A stretch of 64,000 bases of DNA, from assembly GCA_000002445.1 (NCBI GenBank), contig CP000071.1:1664001-1728000 (forward strand). Direction: 5' to 3'. Shown here one piece after another: positions 1 to 10,265 of the stretch (positions are counted from its first letter, which is position 1; each line of letters starts with the position of its first letter). A model generated the notes under the pieces. The model was not told the origin of the DNA. It saw only the letters and a program-made list of their open reading frames with translations, and searched no databases. This DNA is from Trypanosoma brucei. Lineage: Eukaryota. A program made the translations under genes and the position numbers.

Positions 1-1118
1 AAGGGAGGGTACCCACCATCAAGTAACTTTCAGATATATTCATCTTTGGCGACATGGTAAAGTAGATACGTTTTTACGGGTTTGATTGGTACCCGGCTGT
101 TGGTTGAAGTGCGAGTATTGTGTTGCGACTGAGATTGTTATAGTAGACTATAATGGTCACTCCATCCATACACAATGCTGTAGCGGAGACGAGGCTAAGT
201 GAATCGAATTAATAAGAAGCCTCAATGGAAATACACTATTGGTGACATTCCACGGGTAAACACTATGTTGCTTTTCGGATGTGGCGCAGGTGGCTAAGTG
301 GAATGAAGAGGGGAAACTAGAAAAAAGGAAGGTTTGTAATGACAGAAGCAACATTAATGTTTGACAGTACCGTTCCCCGTAGGGAGACAAAAATTTGCCC
401 ACACAAACTTGCGTGCGACGGTAAGTGATAATATGCATGCTCTTTCCGTCACTGTGGCGTCGACGCTTCTATTACTGTTAGTCGTTGTTCGGCTGAACTC
501 GGAAACGATTTCCCTCGGTTGTTCGGCTTGTTCCCACTGCCTTATGTACGTTTATGTTATCATCTTCGCTGTATTTCAGTTCTCACTGATGGTCCAGCCG
601 AGTTTGTTCAACGTTTGATGGAAAGCAAGAGCAGGTGATTAATAGCCCCTTATCGCGTCAAGTTTAACTTTTAAAACTTGTCGAACGTCGAGTGTTATTG
701 AACGCTCCTTTTCCTTTACCTTTTGTTTTCATATTTTTATATTTTTCGTCAACGGTACTTTCTCTGTCTTTCCATATCTTTTTCGTCTTTGTTTTGCTGA
801 AATAGCGAGTGTAATTCTTTCCTCCCCCCCCCCACACGCACACGCACCTCTTCCTGTGTGACTTTAAGTCGCGCACGAAAGGGATAAGGATGGCAGAAAA
901 GGGGAATACAAGTAATGAGCGAACGAATGAAAGATAATGGGAGGGGAGTAGCAAAGCATCGTTTGCTCACAATTTCATTCATCAATACAAAAATGTGGAA
1001 GCGCACTAAGTTTATGGAATCGTACTTTCCAACTTGAATGCCCTTCTCCCTTTTTAAACCACCGAGTTTTATTACCTCCCGTACTTTCTCTCTTGTTTCT
1101 TTTAAATTTTACATAGAT

Positions 1119-2534
1119 ATGCATGCGTATCATTTCCAGCACTACCGACAAATACGCCGCCACCCTGTTGCGCGGCCTCACACGCCACTGGCCGTTTGGG
1201 GACCTTCAGCGACGCGGGCAACAGCTGCCCGAATGGCTTCGACGGCACCGGCCCTCTCACTTCTCTCATGGTCCGTGGACGCAGCGGGTCAAACGCATCA
1301 CCGCTGCAAGCGCCGACTGACGTTGGCTGAGAGGATCCCTCTCCTCCAGCGCACCATTTCAGAGGCGGCTCCAGACATCGTTGCTTTGCAGGATTCCTCT
1401 CTGGAGGTGGCGGAAGCCCTCTGCTCTCCACAGTCATCATCTACCGTAGAAGGTGATCATATCGGACCAGGCCGCAGCGCCCTTCTTGAGGGAACTGAAA
1501 CCGAACAACTCCCACTCAACAAAGGGCGGGGTGAGTGTAGGTACCAATGTATAGGAAGCACACGCAACGGGCGATGTGGCCACATCCAGTTGTTCAGACG
1601 CATCGACTCCTTGTGGGACGGACGGTTGCTTCCCACTAGCCCTTGCCTTACAGCTGAATTCGTGTCAAATGCGTCGGGGTCTGATGGTGGCCTGCGTTTT
1701 GTACTGAGCAACGTTGATCTTACTTATCGTGGAAAAAGTCTGGGGTTAGGGGGGAGGCCACTTGCTCCACTGGAGGTGAGTTCGGGCGGAAGTCCATTTA
1801 CACTGCAGGTTGGTAGAGATGAAGCAACACCTGGGCGGCAACCGCAACTGCAAAGGGTCAGGGGGAGACTTGATCCTCATCGTGAAATAGCACTTGAATT
1901 TATTTCCAAGGTGGCAAAGCCCGACATTCTACTTGGGAACTTCTTCATGGGCCAAAGTGAGACTATGCCCGGTTACGAAGACGCATGGGTGCTTGCGGGA
2001 GCCCCAGCGGGGCATGAACGTACGGCAAATACATTTGCTCACCACAAACATGATGCTCAGACAAACTTCTTTTACTTCGTATCGGATGATGCACTAAAGA
2101 CCGTACCTGAGGGATCTTCCAGCACGAGGCTGCCACCACCAACATCCATTGCTGGAACCCCTGCTGACACGGGAATCGAACCTCCAGCAAATGACTGCCG
2201 TTTAAGCATCGAAAATACTGACTGCATCGACGGTAAACACAAAAGCATGGTGAGTTGGCCGGACACAGAAACAGTTGGAGAAGCGAGTGGTTGCGTGACA
2301 CCGCAAATAGCAGGCAGGTTTCAACGCTGCTTCTTCCGTTCTTTGCCATCGAAGCACCATAAGCGGGAGCATCCGCTTGTGCGACGGTATGGAAGGCGGC
2401 AGCTGCTTGTTCTAAAGCCCTTCACAGATGCGCGTCTGACGGAAAATGAAGCACGGCGCCTGGGTAGTGACCCTGAGAAGTTGGTGCGCTGCTCAGCATC
2501 CGATACGTACCCTATCTTAGTACTCCTTTCTTGA
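1119..2534 (+). CDS. Hypothetical protein. It has an R-rich N-terminus and a possible endonuclease/exonuclease/phosphatase (EEP)-like motif (PDIVALQD). The start is ambiguous: the ORF frame opens at 1038, and ATGs lie at 1038, 1119 and 1233.
   Basis: A long + strand ORF with codon-like composition. The first 27 codons of the 1038 ORF run through a polypyrimidine tract (1040-1110), which is probably UTR. The motif RLTLAERIPLLQRTISEAAPDIVALQD resembles the N-terminal EEP motif (..PDIxCLQE), and LLGNFFMG is weakly GDxN-like. Confidence 0.45.
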   Translation: MHAYHFQHYRQIRRHPVARPHTPLAVWGPSATRATAARMASTAPALSLLSWSVDAAGQTHHRCKRRLTLAERIPLLQRTISEAAPDIVALQDSSLEVAEALCSPQSSSTVEGDHIGPGRSALLEGTETEQLPLNKGRGECRYQCIGSTRNGRCGHIQLFRRIDSLWDGRLLPTSPCLTAEFVSNASGSDGGLRFVLSNVDLTYRGKSLGLGGRPLAPLEVSSGGSPFTLQVGRDEATPGRQPQLQRVRGRLDPHREIALEFISKVAKPDILLGNFFMGQSETMPGYEDAWVLAGAPAGHERTANTFAHHKHDAQTNFFYFVSDDALKTVPEGSSSTRLPPPTSIAGTPADTGIEPPANDCRLSIENTDCIDGKHKSMVSWPDTETVGEASGCVTPQIAGRFQRCFFRSLPSKHHKREHPLVRRYGRRQLLVLKPFTDARLTENEARRLGSDPEKLVRCSASDTYPILVLLS

Positions 2535-2800
2535 TTGTGGAGTTGCATTTGCTAGGTGATTTGGACGAGACAGTGCGGGGGTGCCCAATTCTTCCTCTTC
2601 TGAAAAAGGGAGAGCTTTTGTGGAACACGCGAGGACATTTCTTCCTGTTATTGTTGTGTTCGATGTGGAGGGCTAGTTTCCGTTGCTGAGCGCTGTCGCA
2701 GCATGTGAAGTGAAGGTGGGATACCTCTGTTGCGTCTTCTCTTTCTTTGACAAAGTTCCCCAGAAGAACAACGACGATTCTTTACCTGTTTTAATTGGTT

Positions 2801-2847
2801 TCCCTCCCCCCTTTCTCTTTATCTTTTACCCGCCGTTCGACTTGAAG
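2801..2847 (+). promoter_or_regulatory. Polypyrimidine tract plus AG, a candidate spliced-leader trans-splice acceptor for the USP gene.
   Basis: tccctcccccctttctctttatcttttacccgccgttc is followed by an AG at about 2846, 30 nt upstream of the ATG at 2879. Confidence 0.5.
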
Positions 2848-2878
2848 GGTGAGTCCACCTCTTTGTTGCGCACGAGGT

Positions 2879-5800
2879 ATGCTTGATCTAGATAGCTGGG
2901 TGGATGAATTTCATGCCGGAAATGAACAGAAAGCGGTGAATCAAGACACCTGTAACGCCGCTGCGGGATCTTCACCCTCTCCGTTGAGTGTTGATGTCAT
3001 CACGTTGGCATATCGTCTGCGTACACCCTGCTGTGTCCGACACACCTTACCGTCCGATTGTCCGGTGGGGTGCGTGGCGTCACCATGGTGTCTCGCTGGA
3101 CTCAGCACCTTGTCAACAAATAACACTACACTACAAGATTTTGTAGCGGACCTTTTGGGTGATGATACGTCCCTTGCATCGTCGCATCAACCGCAGCTGC
3201 AACGGGGTGAACATGGGCCAAATGACGGTGATTCTCCTGCAGACACCTCCTCAGTAGACGTCTACAAATACCCTATTCGGAGAGGCATACGTGACTTGGG
3301 TAACACCTGTTATTTGAACGCTGTGCTGCAGATGCTCTTCCACATCCCTGCAGTACGGGATGAAGTGTTACGGGCGTCTGCTTCGTTCCCTGTCGCTGCC
3401 CACAACTCTGCAAAGAAGATTACGCCCCTTCTGGCATCAGGCTTAGGTGAGTTGTTCGCTGAGATGGCGTACAGTCGCGATGAGAGAGGTGTGGATGCCG
3501 AACGCTTTGCGACTTTCCTTTCCATCGATAAGGGGATCCAGCAGGATGCCCAAGAGTTCTTCGTGTTACTAATTAACTGGCTTCAGCGAGAGGTAGGAGA
3601 TGCTGTAAGACACGTCTTTGAGGGCACCATTTTGCATGATCGAGAGTGCAGCAAGTGTGGTCGATCGTGTAAGCGAGCCGAGCCCTTCTCCTTCCTTTCG
3701 CTCCCGGTGAGGCAGAGCATCGAGGAGTCGCTGGAGGAGTTACTCCGCGTCCATGAAGTGCAAGGTTTTAAATGCGAGGAATGTGGTGCTGTAACGAGTG
3801 CATTTTCGCGTCTGCATATTCGAACGTTACCTGACGTTCTTGTGGTTCATTTTAACCGGTTTAGTTTCAGTCTGCAGGAGAAGAGGCGGGAAAAAATAAC
3901 ACGATCAGTTAGTTTTCCGATTGAGTGGGATCTTACACCGTACAAAGATAGGTGGAGGCAAGTGCAAAAGCAAACGGCGAGTAATAATAGTGGTGTCGCC
4001 GATTCTGTAGTAGAAGCCCGTTCGAACGCTGCACAGCTTTACAGGCTTGTCGGCGTTGTCAACCATCACGGTGAGGCTGCAGTGTGTGGACACTACACCT
4101 ACCACGGGAAAATGGACGGCCACGGTGGATGGTATCAATTTGATAATGCAGTAGTGACGAGGCTACAGCGCTTTCATGGGACGCGGGCTTCGTCCAAAGA
4201 GGCCTATATGTTAGTGTACGAACGGCATGCGCATCCAACAAACAACCCATTGACTTCTGCTGAAGAAGACGTTGAGAGGGCGGGGTCACTGGACACAACT
4301 ATCATCTTGCCCCCTCATCTGCAAAATCATATCGAACGCCTAAATCACGAAGTGGAGAAGGTCCGACAGGCTAGGCAGTTGCAGCGGTCGGTTGTGATGA
4401 ATTTCCTGAAGCAGTGGAAAGATGTGGCCGATGATATCTTTTACCGCAGCGCGCGACGTAAGGGTCATCCAATAGCCGTTATGGAGGAGTGTGAAGATCT
4501 TACACAGTACGTAGCATTTCCCACTCGATGGATGAAGCTCTTCGGTCGCTGTTTCATTCCCTCTTATATTGATACAAATCGTTATTGTAGTTTCGAGAGA
4601 GGAATGAAGCGCCATCGCCGGAACTCGAGCAAATCGGCGGTTGAATTAAGTAATGAGTTGCCGGCGGCTGGTAGCGATAGCAAAGAAGTTGAAGACAATG
4701 CACCACTGGTGGCCGCGGAGATGGTTCTTGACACCACAAAAGGAGCGATGCCAGGGGACTGCGTTCTGATCAAGAGCATTTATAAGTCTACACTAACAGA
4801 CTACTTGGAGGACGTGCGTTGCCCTCACGGAAAATTAGCACCATGGGGTCAGTACAAACTTCTGTCAGGAGCTTCGGCCAGGAGATTGAATAGTTTTCTC
4901 AACAGCGTACCCTCGTTGCTCACTTCTCTAACTACTGTTGGTGAGTTTACTCCCTTCAAGGGGTGGAAACTTAGTGAGTACATTTGCGAGGAATGCGTCA
5001 AACGCATGTCGAAGGAGGTCCAGCGGATAAAGACGTCATGGAATGAGGACATGGAGATTCAGACCGCTGTCACCCCTACGTCCAAGTTTGCTGAACGTGA
5101 AGACGCCGACGAGTTGGTATACGTGAGTGTGGAAGCGGTGGAACACTGGGAACAGATGCTAAAGGTGACTGAAAAGTATCGGTACATTGTGAAGCAACAG
5201 GGATTCACGGGTCTTGTAGTTGCGATGAAAGCAAGAAGCGAGGATGTGGACACCGAAGTGATACCACTGCCGTCTCCGTCGAAGCTTCTGTGTGAACACC
5301 AACTTCTTTCCTCAGTTGCGGCAGTTCGCGAGGTTCCAGCATCTGTTTGGCATCTCCTCAAGAAGCGTATCTTGCAACTGTTCTATGGTGACAGTGTCAG
5401 CGTCAAGCATACCCTCACCCCTTCAGTGAAGGCACATATGGAAATGTTACTTCCCTACCTCCCTGTCAGTCGCACAGGCAAGTGCCTGGAATGCATTCAA
5501 AACAAAATGAGGATGATGATGGAGCGCCACAGTGCTAAGATGGAAAAGTTAAACGAAGGAAAGCGTTTTTCTACGCTTGTAGAGGCTAGTCGGGTGATGG
5601 CACTTCCTTCTGTGGAGGTTCGTATTCGACATCCCAACACGCTCGTGTGGAAACGAGATATTAAGCGCTCGTATCGTCGCTGTTACCGCACGTGGGAAAG
5701 GGAGCAAGAGGACAAGATCACGGCAGTTGAAGCTCGAATTAAGAGTCTGAAGGAGGTGGGGGGACAACGGGAGAAAAAACAGAGGACCCTCCCCACGCCG

Positions 5801-7138
5801 CCTGTAAGGTGCGACAGAAAGCAGTCACAAGAACCGTCGGACAGTCAACAAGTCTGTGAAGTGACCTGTGAAAACTCCCAATCTATCCCTGATGTTATGG
5901 AAGTTCCCTCACCTTTGCAATCGGCCTGTGACGAACTCGCTGCACTCCGTGCAGCGACACCCCCAGATGTTTCCGCTGTGTATGGTTGTATCCCAACATG
6001 GTGGGTAGCGCGGTGGTACAAATGGTATACAAATGATGCCGATACGGGTGTTGGCCCACCACCTTGTGTCGACTATTCTGCGTTTTTTTGCCAACACGGA
6101 GGCACGGTGCTGCCACCGAGTTCACTCAACCCCACAGACGCCCATTGGAGCAAAACATTTACCCTTGGCCCTATTATACGGGCATGGAAAAGTTGGCTGA
6201 AGGATCCATCGGCGCTTGATGTCGTTGAAGAGAGTGGGTCGGTCCACTTCCCTCCAATCGTGCTAGTACCGCTAAAGGAGATGATTGCCGTGCTCGAAAG
6301 GTATGGGGGCGAGGGACAGCTACTACCGGAGGTAACTGACTCAAAGGATCTTGTCACCCGCTTGAACAATGGCAGAGTTGTGTTGTTTGTGGAGCGAAGG
6401 GGGGAGCGCATGCTTGACCCGCCGACATGTGAGATCTGCTCGACTGCTGTACTTGACGGGGTTACAGAGTTGTCTCGGGGCTTCATAGATGGCAGTTTAC
6501 GGTTGCGTCTCCACCTTCGCCGCAGTAAGAGACAACACTACGATGCTAATGATGTGCTCTCTGGTGTTAGTTACAACATGACTGTGGGCAAACTGAAGGT
6601 TGAAATTTCTCAGCGAGTGCTTGAATATCACGGCTACATCCTACCTGTGAATGACATGAAATTGCTCCTCGGGCGAAAGCCGCTTGGACCCAATAGGATC
6701 TGCAAGGAGAACACATGTGCAAACAGCGATGGAAATGCTCCTGATGGCGCAGCTTCCCCTTCTGTAGCATCCGACGATCGCAATGAGGAGTCGACAACGG
6801 GAGCACTCTCCACGGTTGATGTGGACACATGTACGTTGTTTGAGTGCGGCCTTCGTGATGGCGATGAAGTAACAGTTGACGCCTCGAACACACCTTTAGA
6901 AAAGGTGCTAGTAAATGACAGCCTCTGTATTCGAGTGCCGGGGGCTCCAACATCCTCCTCAGAAACGCCAACTGCAGAAGACGTTGCGGCATTCGGAGCG
7001 ACTCGACTGTACGGAGTGCTGGATAACGTACAAAACGGGCGCGAGAGGAAGGCTCCAGGGCAGAAGGCATGTGCAGTTTGCACTTACCTGAACGTTCGCG
7101 AAGCGGAGCGCTGTGAAATGTGTGAAGCGGCACTGTAG
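2879..7138 (+). CDS. Ubiquitin carboxyl-terminal hydrolase (USP family deubiquitinase), about 1419 aa, with DUSP-like modules and a C-terminal RanBP2-type zinc finger.
   Basis: The Cys box GNTCYLNAVLQMLFHIP has its catalytic Cys codon at 3308-3310. The His box reads YRLVGVVNHHGEAAVCGHYTYH...GWYQFDNAVV...AYMLVYERH. The DUSP-like segment PTWWVARWYKWYTNDADTGVGPPPCVDYSAFFCQHGG lies at about 5990-6100. The C-terminal motif ACAVCTYLNVREAERCEMCEA matches W/x-C-x2-C-x3-N-x6-C-x2-C of a RanBP2 ZnF. A polypyrimidine tract at 2801-2838 precedes the first ATG at 2879. Confidence 0.9.
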   Translation: MLDLDSWVDEFHAGNEQKAVNQDTCNAAAGSSPSPLSVDVITLAYRLRTPCCVRHTLPSDCPVGCVASPWCLAGLSTLSTNNTTLQDFVADLLGDDTSLASSHQPQLQRGEHGPNDGDSPADTSSVDVYKYPIRRGIRDLGNTCYLNAVLQMLFHIPAVRDEVLRASASFPVAAHNSAKKITPLLASGLGELFAEMAYSRDERGVDAERFATFLSIDKGIQQDAQEFFVLLINWLQREVGDAVRHVFEGTILHDRECSKCGRSCKRAEPFSFLSLPVRQSIEESLEELLRVHEVQGFKCEECGAVTSAFSRLHIRTLPDVLVVHFNRFSFSLQEKRREKITRSVSFPIEWDLTPYKDRWRQVQKQTASNNSGVADSVVEARSNAAQLYRLVGVVNHHGEAAVCGHYTYHGKMDGHGGWYQFDNAVVTRLQRFHGTRASSKEAYMLVYERHAHPTNNPLTSAEEDVERAGSLDTTIILPPHLQNHIERLNHEVEKVRQARQLQRSVVMNFLKQWKDVADDIFYRSARRKGHPIAVMEECEDLTQYVAFPTRWMKLFGRCFIPSYIDTNRYCSFERGMKRHRRNSSKSAVELSNELPAAGSDSKEVEDNAPLVAAEMVLDTTKGAMPGDCVLIKSIYKSTLTDYLEDVRCPHGKLAPWGQYKLLSGASARRLNSFLNSVPSLLTSLTTVGEFTPFKGWKLSEYICEECVKRMSKEVQRIKTSWNEDMEIQTAVTPTSKFAEREDADELVYVSVEAVEHWEQMLKVTEKYRYIVKQQGFTGLVVAMKARSEDVDTEVIPLPSPSKLLCEHQLLSSVAAVREVPASVWHLLKKRILQLFYGDSVSVKHTLTPSVKAHMEMLLPYLPVSRTGKCLECIQNKMRMMMERHSAKMEKLNEGKRFSTLVEASRVMALPSVEVRIRHPNTLVWKRDIKRSYRRCYRTWEREQEDKITAVEARIKSLKEVGGQREKKQRTLPTPPVRCDRKQSQEPSDSQQVCEVTCENSQSIPDVMEVPSPLQSACDELAALRAATPPDVSAVYGCIPTWWVARWYKWYTNDADTGVGPPPCVDYSAFFCQHGGTVLPPSSLNPTDAHWSKTFTLGPIIRAWKSWLKDPSALDVVEESGSVHFPPIVLVPLKEMIAVLERYGGEGQLLPEVTDSKDLVTRLNNGRVVLFVERRGERMLDPPTCEICSTAVLDGVTELSRGFIDGSLRLRLHLRRSKRQHYDANDVLSGVSYNMTVGKLKVEISQRVLEYHGYILPVNDMKLLLGRKPLGPNRICKENTCANSDGNAPDGAASPSVASDDRNEESTTGALSTVDVDTCTLFECGLRDGDEVTVDASNTPLEKVLVNDSLCIRVPGAPTSSSETPTAEDVAAFGATRLYGVLDNVQNGRERKAPGQKACAVCTYLNVREAERCEMCEAAL

Positions 7139-8885
7139 GAAAGAAGGGCCGATTTGAGTTCCGAGCTGGAAGCCGCAGCCGGTGTGCCTGCCGGAGGCGA
7201 AGTTTGTTCAAAATATACGTATATATGTTTGTGAAGCGTGACGTGTGTTAGTGGCTAAGGAGGGGCCTATATTCGAATGTTGGGCTTTCCCTCTCCCTCC
7301 CTCGTGTCCGCGTGTATGCGGAATGACAACTTCATTTTAATGCATGCGCCGTTTTCACTTACTTAATTCTGGCGGTGCCACACTCCCCGTCGTGCCACCG
7401 GTAGCCGGTGGGTTGTCTTCGTTTCGTTGGAAATCCCCTCTCTTCCCCTTTCACCTTTGTTGTTTTGTTTTTCTGCGCACATACCACTGCATTGCAGGAC
7501 TCCTGTGTTTTCTCTTTTTCTGTTTTGTGGTTTTCCTACCCATATTAGCAGCTGGGGACGGTGGTGCTTACCGGGAGCGGTTGTGAGATATGCGAGCCCT
7601 GTACTTCAAAGCGAGCCGTTGCACCTGTAATACATTTGCTTGGGGGAGGTGGAGAAATTGTTTTCAGTTGCATATCATTTGAAGCGATCATAATGCTGTG
7701 TAGGGGATTGATGATCGGGATTGGTTAACGATCTGTACGTTTGTTGTACTTACCTTCTCTGCTTGTTGTGCTCCCTTCGTCAGATTTGTTTTTGCATTCG
7801 AATTGCTTTTCTTTTGTATCTTTTCCTTTCAGGGAGGAGGAGAGAACCTCTCTCACTTGGAGACCCAATACTTTGAATTTTAAAGGTATTGGGAACATAG
7901 AGTGGAAGCATGGGAAAATAGAGAGGCAAAGGGAAAAGGTATGGGAGAGTTGTTCGTTGTGAACGAGGATTTCCTGAAGGTGCGGCCTCTTCCCTTGTTG
8001 CTACTCAGTTCTTCACTTTACTTTATCGGCCTCATGCCTCGCTATTTCGGCTCGTGCTTTATTTTTTCTCTTTCCCAATCCATTATTTGTCAAAATATTT
8101 CCCATCATTACCCATCGGCAGCCTCACTACACACACACATATTTTTTTTTTTATAACCTCGTGCAAAAGGGAAGTGTGGGGCTGCCATGCTACGTGAGAG
8201 TTAATGGTGGTGAAAAAGGAAGGTAAGTTAGGCGGCGCGGAGGCGGGCTAATTTTTTTTTTTAATGATTTGAGGGGAGGAGCTCCTATTCCTTTTTGTTT
8301 TTTCTGTTATTGCTTCCTCTCCATAGAGAGAAGGGGGGTACATTTGCGTGTTTGTTACAATCGCGGTGCTTTGGGATGTGCCGCGGGAAGGCCACTGATT
8401 TACTGGATGGAAGAAGCGTTGCAGAATATGATGTTGCTTCCGTTGATTCCTTCATGGTGGCTTACTTCTTCGCCCCTTCATTCCTTCACAAGTTCTACAT
8501 TTATATTAATGAGTTGATGTCTCTGGGCGAGTGCCGTCGGAATGTGCCTGTATTCTTCGTATAAACTTTTGTGGATGCAGTCGCATTGCAGAAAAGGGGC
8601 GCAAATTAAATAATCTTTGAGTAAGCAGGGTAAACAGCGAAGGATGAAATAATATGAAAGTTTTGGCTTAATGTGTTCCGCTGCCTCTTGGTGCGTCTTC
8701 GTTCCTCTCTGGAACGCTCACGGGATTGCAAGCCTGTGCTTGGCCTGTGAGCTGCATGAAGCATATCGAGGGCATTTGCGAAAACGGGAACCATATGAAT
8801 CAGAAAAGAAATTTACTTCGGACTCTTCGGTCCGCGGCATGCCGCGGATGACCTAACAGTTGACAGTTTTCATGATGCGGCGCAT

Positions 8886-8926
8886 CCCTGTCTATGATTT
8901 TCTCCTTTTCTTATACCTTCTTCTTA
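8886..8926 (+). promoter_or_regulatory. Polypyrimidine tract plus AG, a candidate trans-splice acceptor upstream of the dihydroorotase gene.
   Basis: ccctgtctatgattttctccttttcttataccttcttcttAGgtg. Confidence 0.45.
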
Positions 8927-9092
8927 GGTGTTTCTAGTCCAAAAAAGTTCCGGTAGCATCTGACAAGGGAAGGCGAGGCAAGGGGGAAAAAAAGAAAAAG
9001 AAGCATCATTTATATACATTTTACTGCGTACAGTATCAATATCGGTAATAATAAAAGTAGTCTGTGGGGAATCTAAGAGCACATTATACATT

Positions 9093-10265
9093 ATGGCGCG
9101 CGTTGAACTGCCCGCGTTGATCGACTGCCATGTGCACTTTCGCGAGCCTGGTCTTGAATACAAGGGCGATATGCAGAGCGAAGCCGCTGCCGCATACGCT
9201 GGTGGCATTAATGTAGTGTGTGATATGCCCAATACCCAGCCGCCTACGCAGACAATTGAAGCTTTCGCGGACAAGGTGCTACGCGCCAGTAGAGTGAAGT
9301 CACGATGTGACATGCGGTTCTTCTTTGGTGCTACGGCACACGAACATATAGAGCAACTGGAGTTGATGTGGACGCAACCGCAACACGCTGAGTTGCGGAG
9401 GCGTTGCGCAGGCCTCAAATTGTACTTGGACAATTCCACTGGTAACATGAAGAGCAGTGGAGAGGTCGTTGAGGCGGCGTTTGCACTGTGCGGAAGACTT
9501 GGAATTCCACTTGTAGCGCACTGTGAGCATGCCGAGCACAATGAGGCGGCTTCCGCGGCCCATGCGTACACGGGACCGGCTTCCCACTCCAGGCGGCGAC
9601 CCGCCGAGTCGGAGGTTGCATCAATATCCCAAGCAATTGAGCTTGCGGGTCGCTATTCCACACAGTTACATATTGCACACTTGTCGACCGCCGGCGGTGT
9701 TGAGTGCTTGCGGCGGGCGCGGGCTGCGAGTGCTGCCGGCAAAAAAGGTGTTCCGCGTATTACAGCGGAGGTGACGCCGCACCACTTATTTCTAACGGAG
9801 GGTGACTATTGCGGTTGTGGAAGCCGGGTGAAGGTGAATCCGCCTGTGCGGCAGTGGAGCGACGTGGAGCAGCTGTGGGAGGCGGTGTTAGACGGAACGG
9901 TAGATTGTATCGCCACCGATCACGCGCCACACACGCTGCAAGACAAAAGTGATGAGTCGAACCCGCCGAGTGGAATGCCGTCTATTGAGCTGGTCGTGCC
10001 ACTCCTGCTGACAGTGTGCGCCGGACGGTGGCCGCACCCAACAACATCCATGCCAAAGGCCTTGCAAGAGCGTAAGTTGACGGTGGATGACATTGTGCGG
10101 CTCATGCATACAAACCCAAATCGAATATTCGGTTTGGATGTGACGGAAGAGAAGAAGCGGACATTTGACACAAGTGTGGAATGGGTTGTAGAGGAATCAC
10201 AGCTACATTCCAAGTGCAAGTGGTCACCGTATGCAAACTGGAAGCTTGTGGGGAAAGTAATGTGA
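9093..10265 (+). CDS. Dihydroorotase (CAD-type / class I amidohydrolase), 390 aa, with all metal-ligand motifs intact.
   Basis: The N-terminus IDCHVHFREPG...KGD...AAAAYAGGINVVCDMPNTQPP aligns with the DHOase domain of CAD (IDVHVHLREPG...MPNT). AGLKLYLD carries the carboxylated Lys. VAHCEHAE and LHIAHLS carry the His ligands. VDCIATDHAPHTLQDK matches the signature DHAPH. Confidence 0.88.
   Translation: MARVELPALIDCHVHFREPGLEYKGDMQSEAAAAYAGGINVVCDMPNTQPPTQTIEAFADKVLRASRVKSRCDMRFFFGATAHEHIEQLELMWTQPQHAELRRRCAGLKLYLDNSTGNMKSSGEVVEAAFALCGRLGIPLVAHCEHAEHNEAASAAHAYTGPASHSRRRPAESEVASISQAIELAGRYSTQLHIAHLSTAGGVECLRRARAASAAGKKGVPRITAEVTPHHLFLTEGDYCGCGSRVKVNPPVRQWSDVEQLWEAVLDGTVDCIATDHAPHTLQDKSDESNPPSGMPSIELVVPLLLTVCAGRWPHPTTSMPKALQERKLTVDDIVRLMHTNPNRIFGLDVTEEKKRTFDTSVEWVVEESQLHSKCKWSPYANWKLVGKVM

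Noticed and set aside
2165-2185. tRNA T-arm-like string gggaatcgaacctcc.
   Set aside because: It is a single near-match to the reverse complement of a T-loop, embedded in a well-supported CDS, with no acceptor or anticodon-stem complementarity around it.
6567-7211. 214-aa and 149-aa minus-strand ORFs across the USP 3' end.
   Set aside because: They are antisense to a strongly supported CDS and carry no motifs.
8924-9571. 215-aa minus-strand ORF overlapping the dihydroorotase start.
   Set aside because: It is antisense to the DHOase N-terminus, which carries the HVH and MPNT motifs, and has S/A/C-rich composition.
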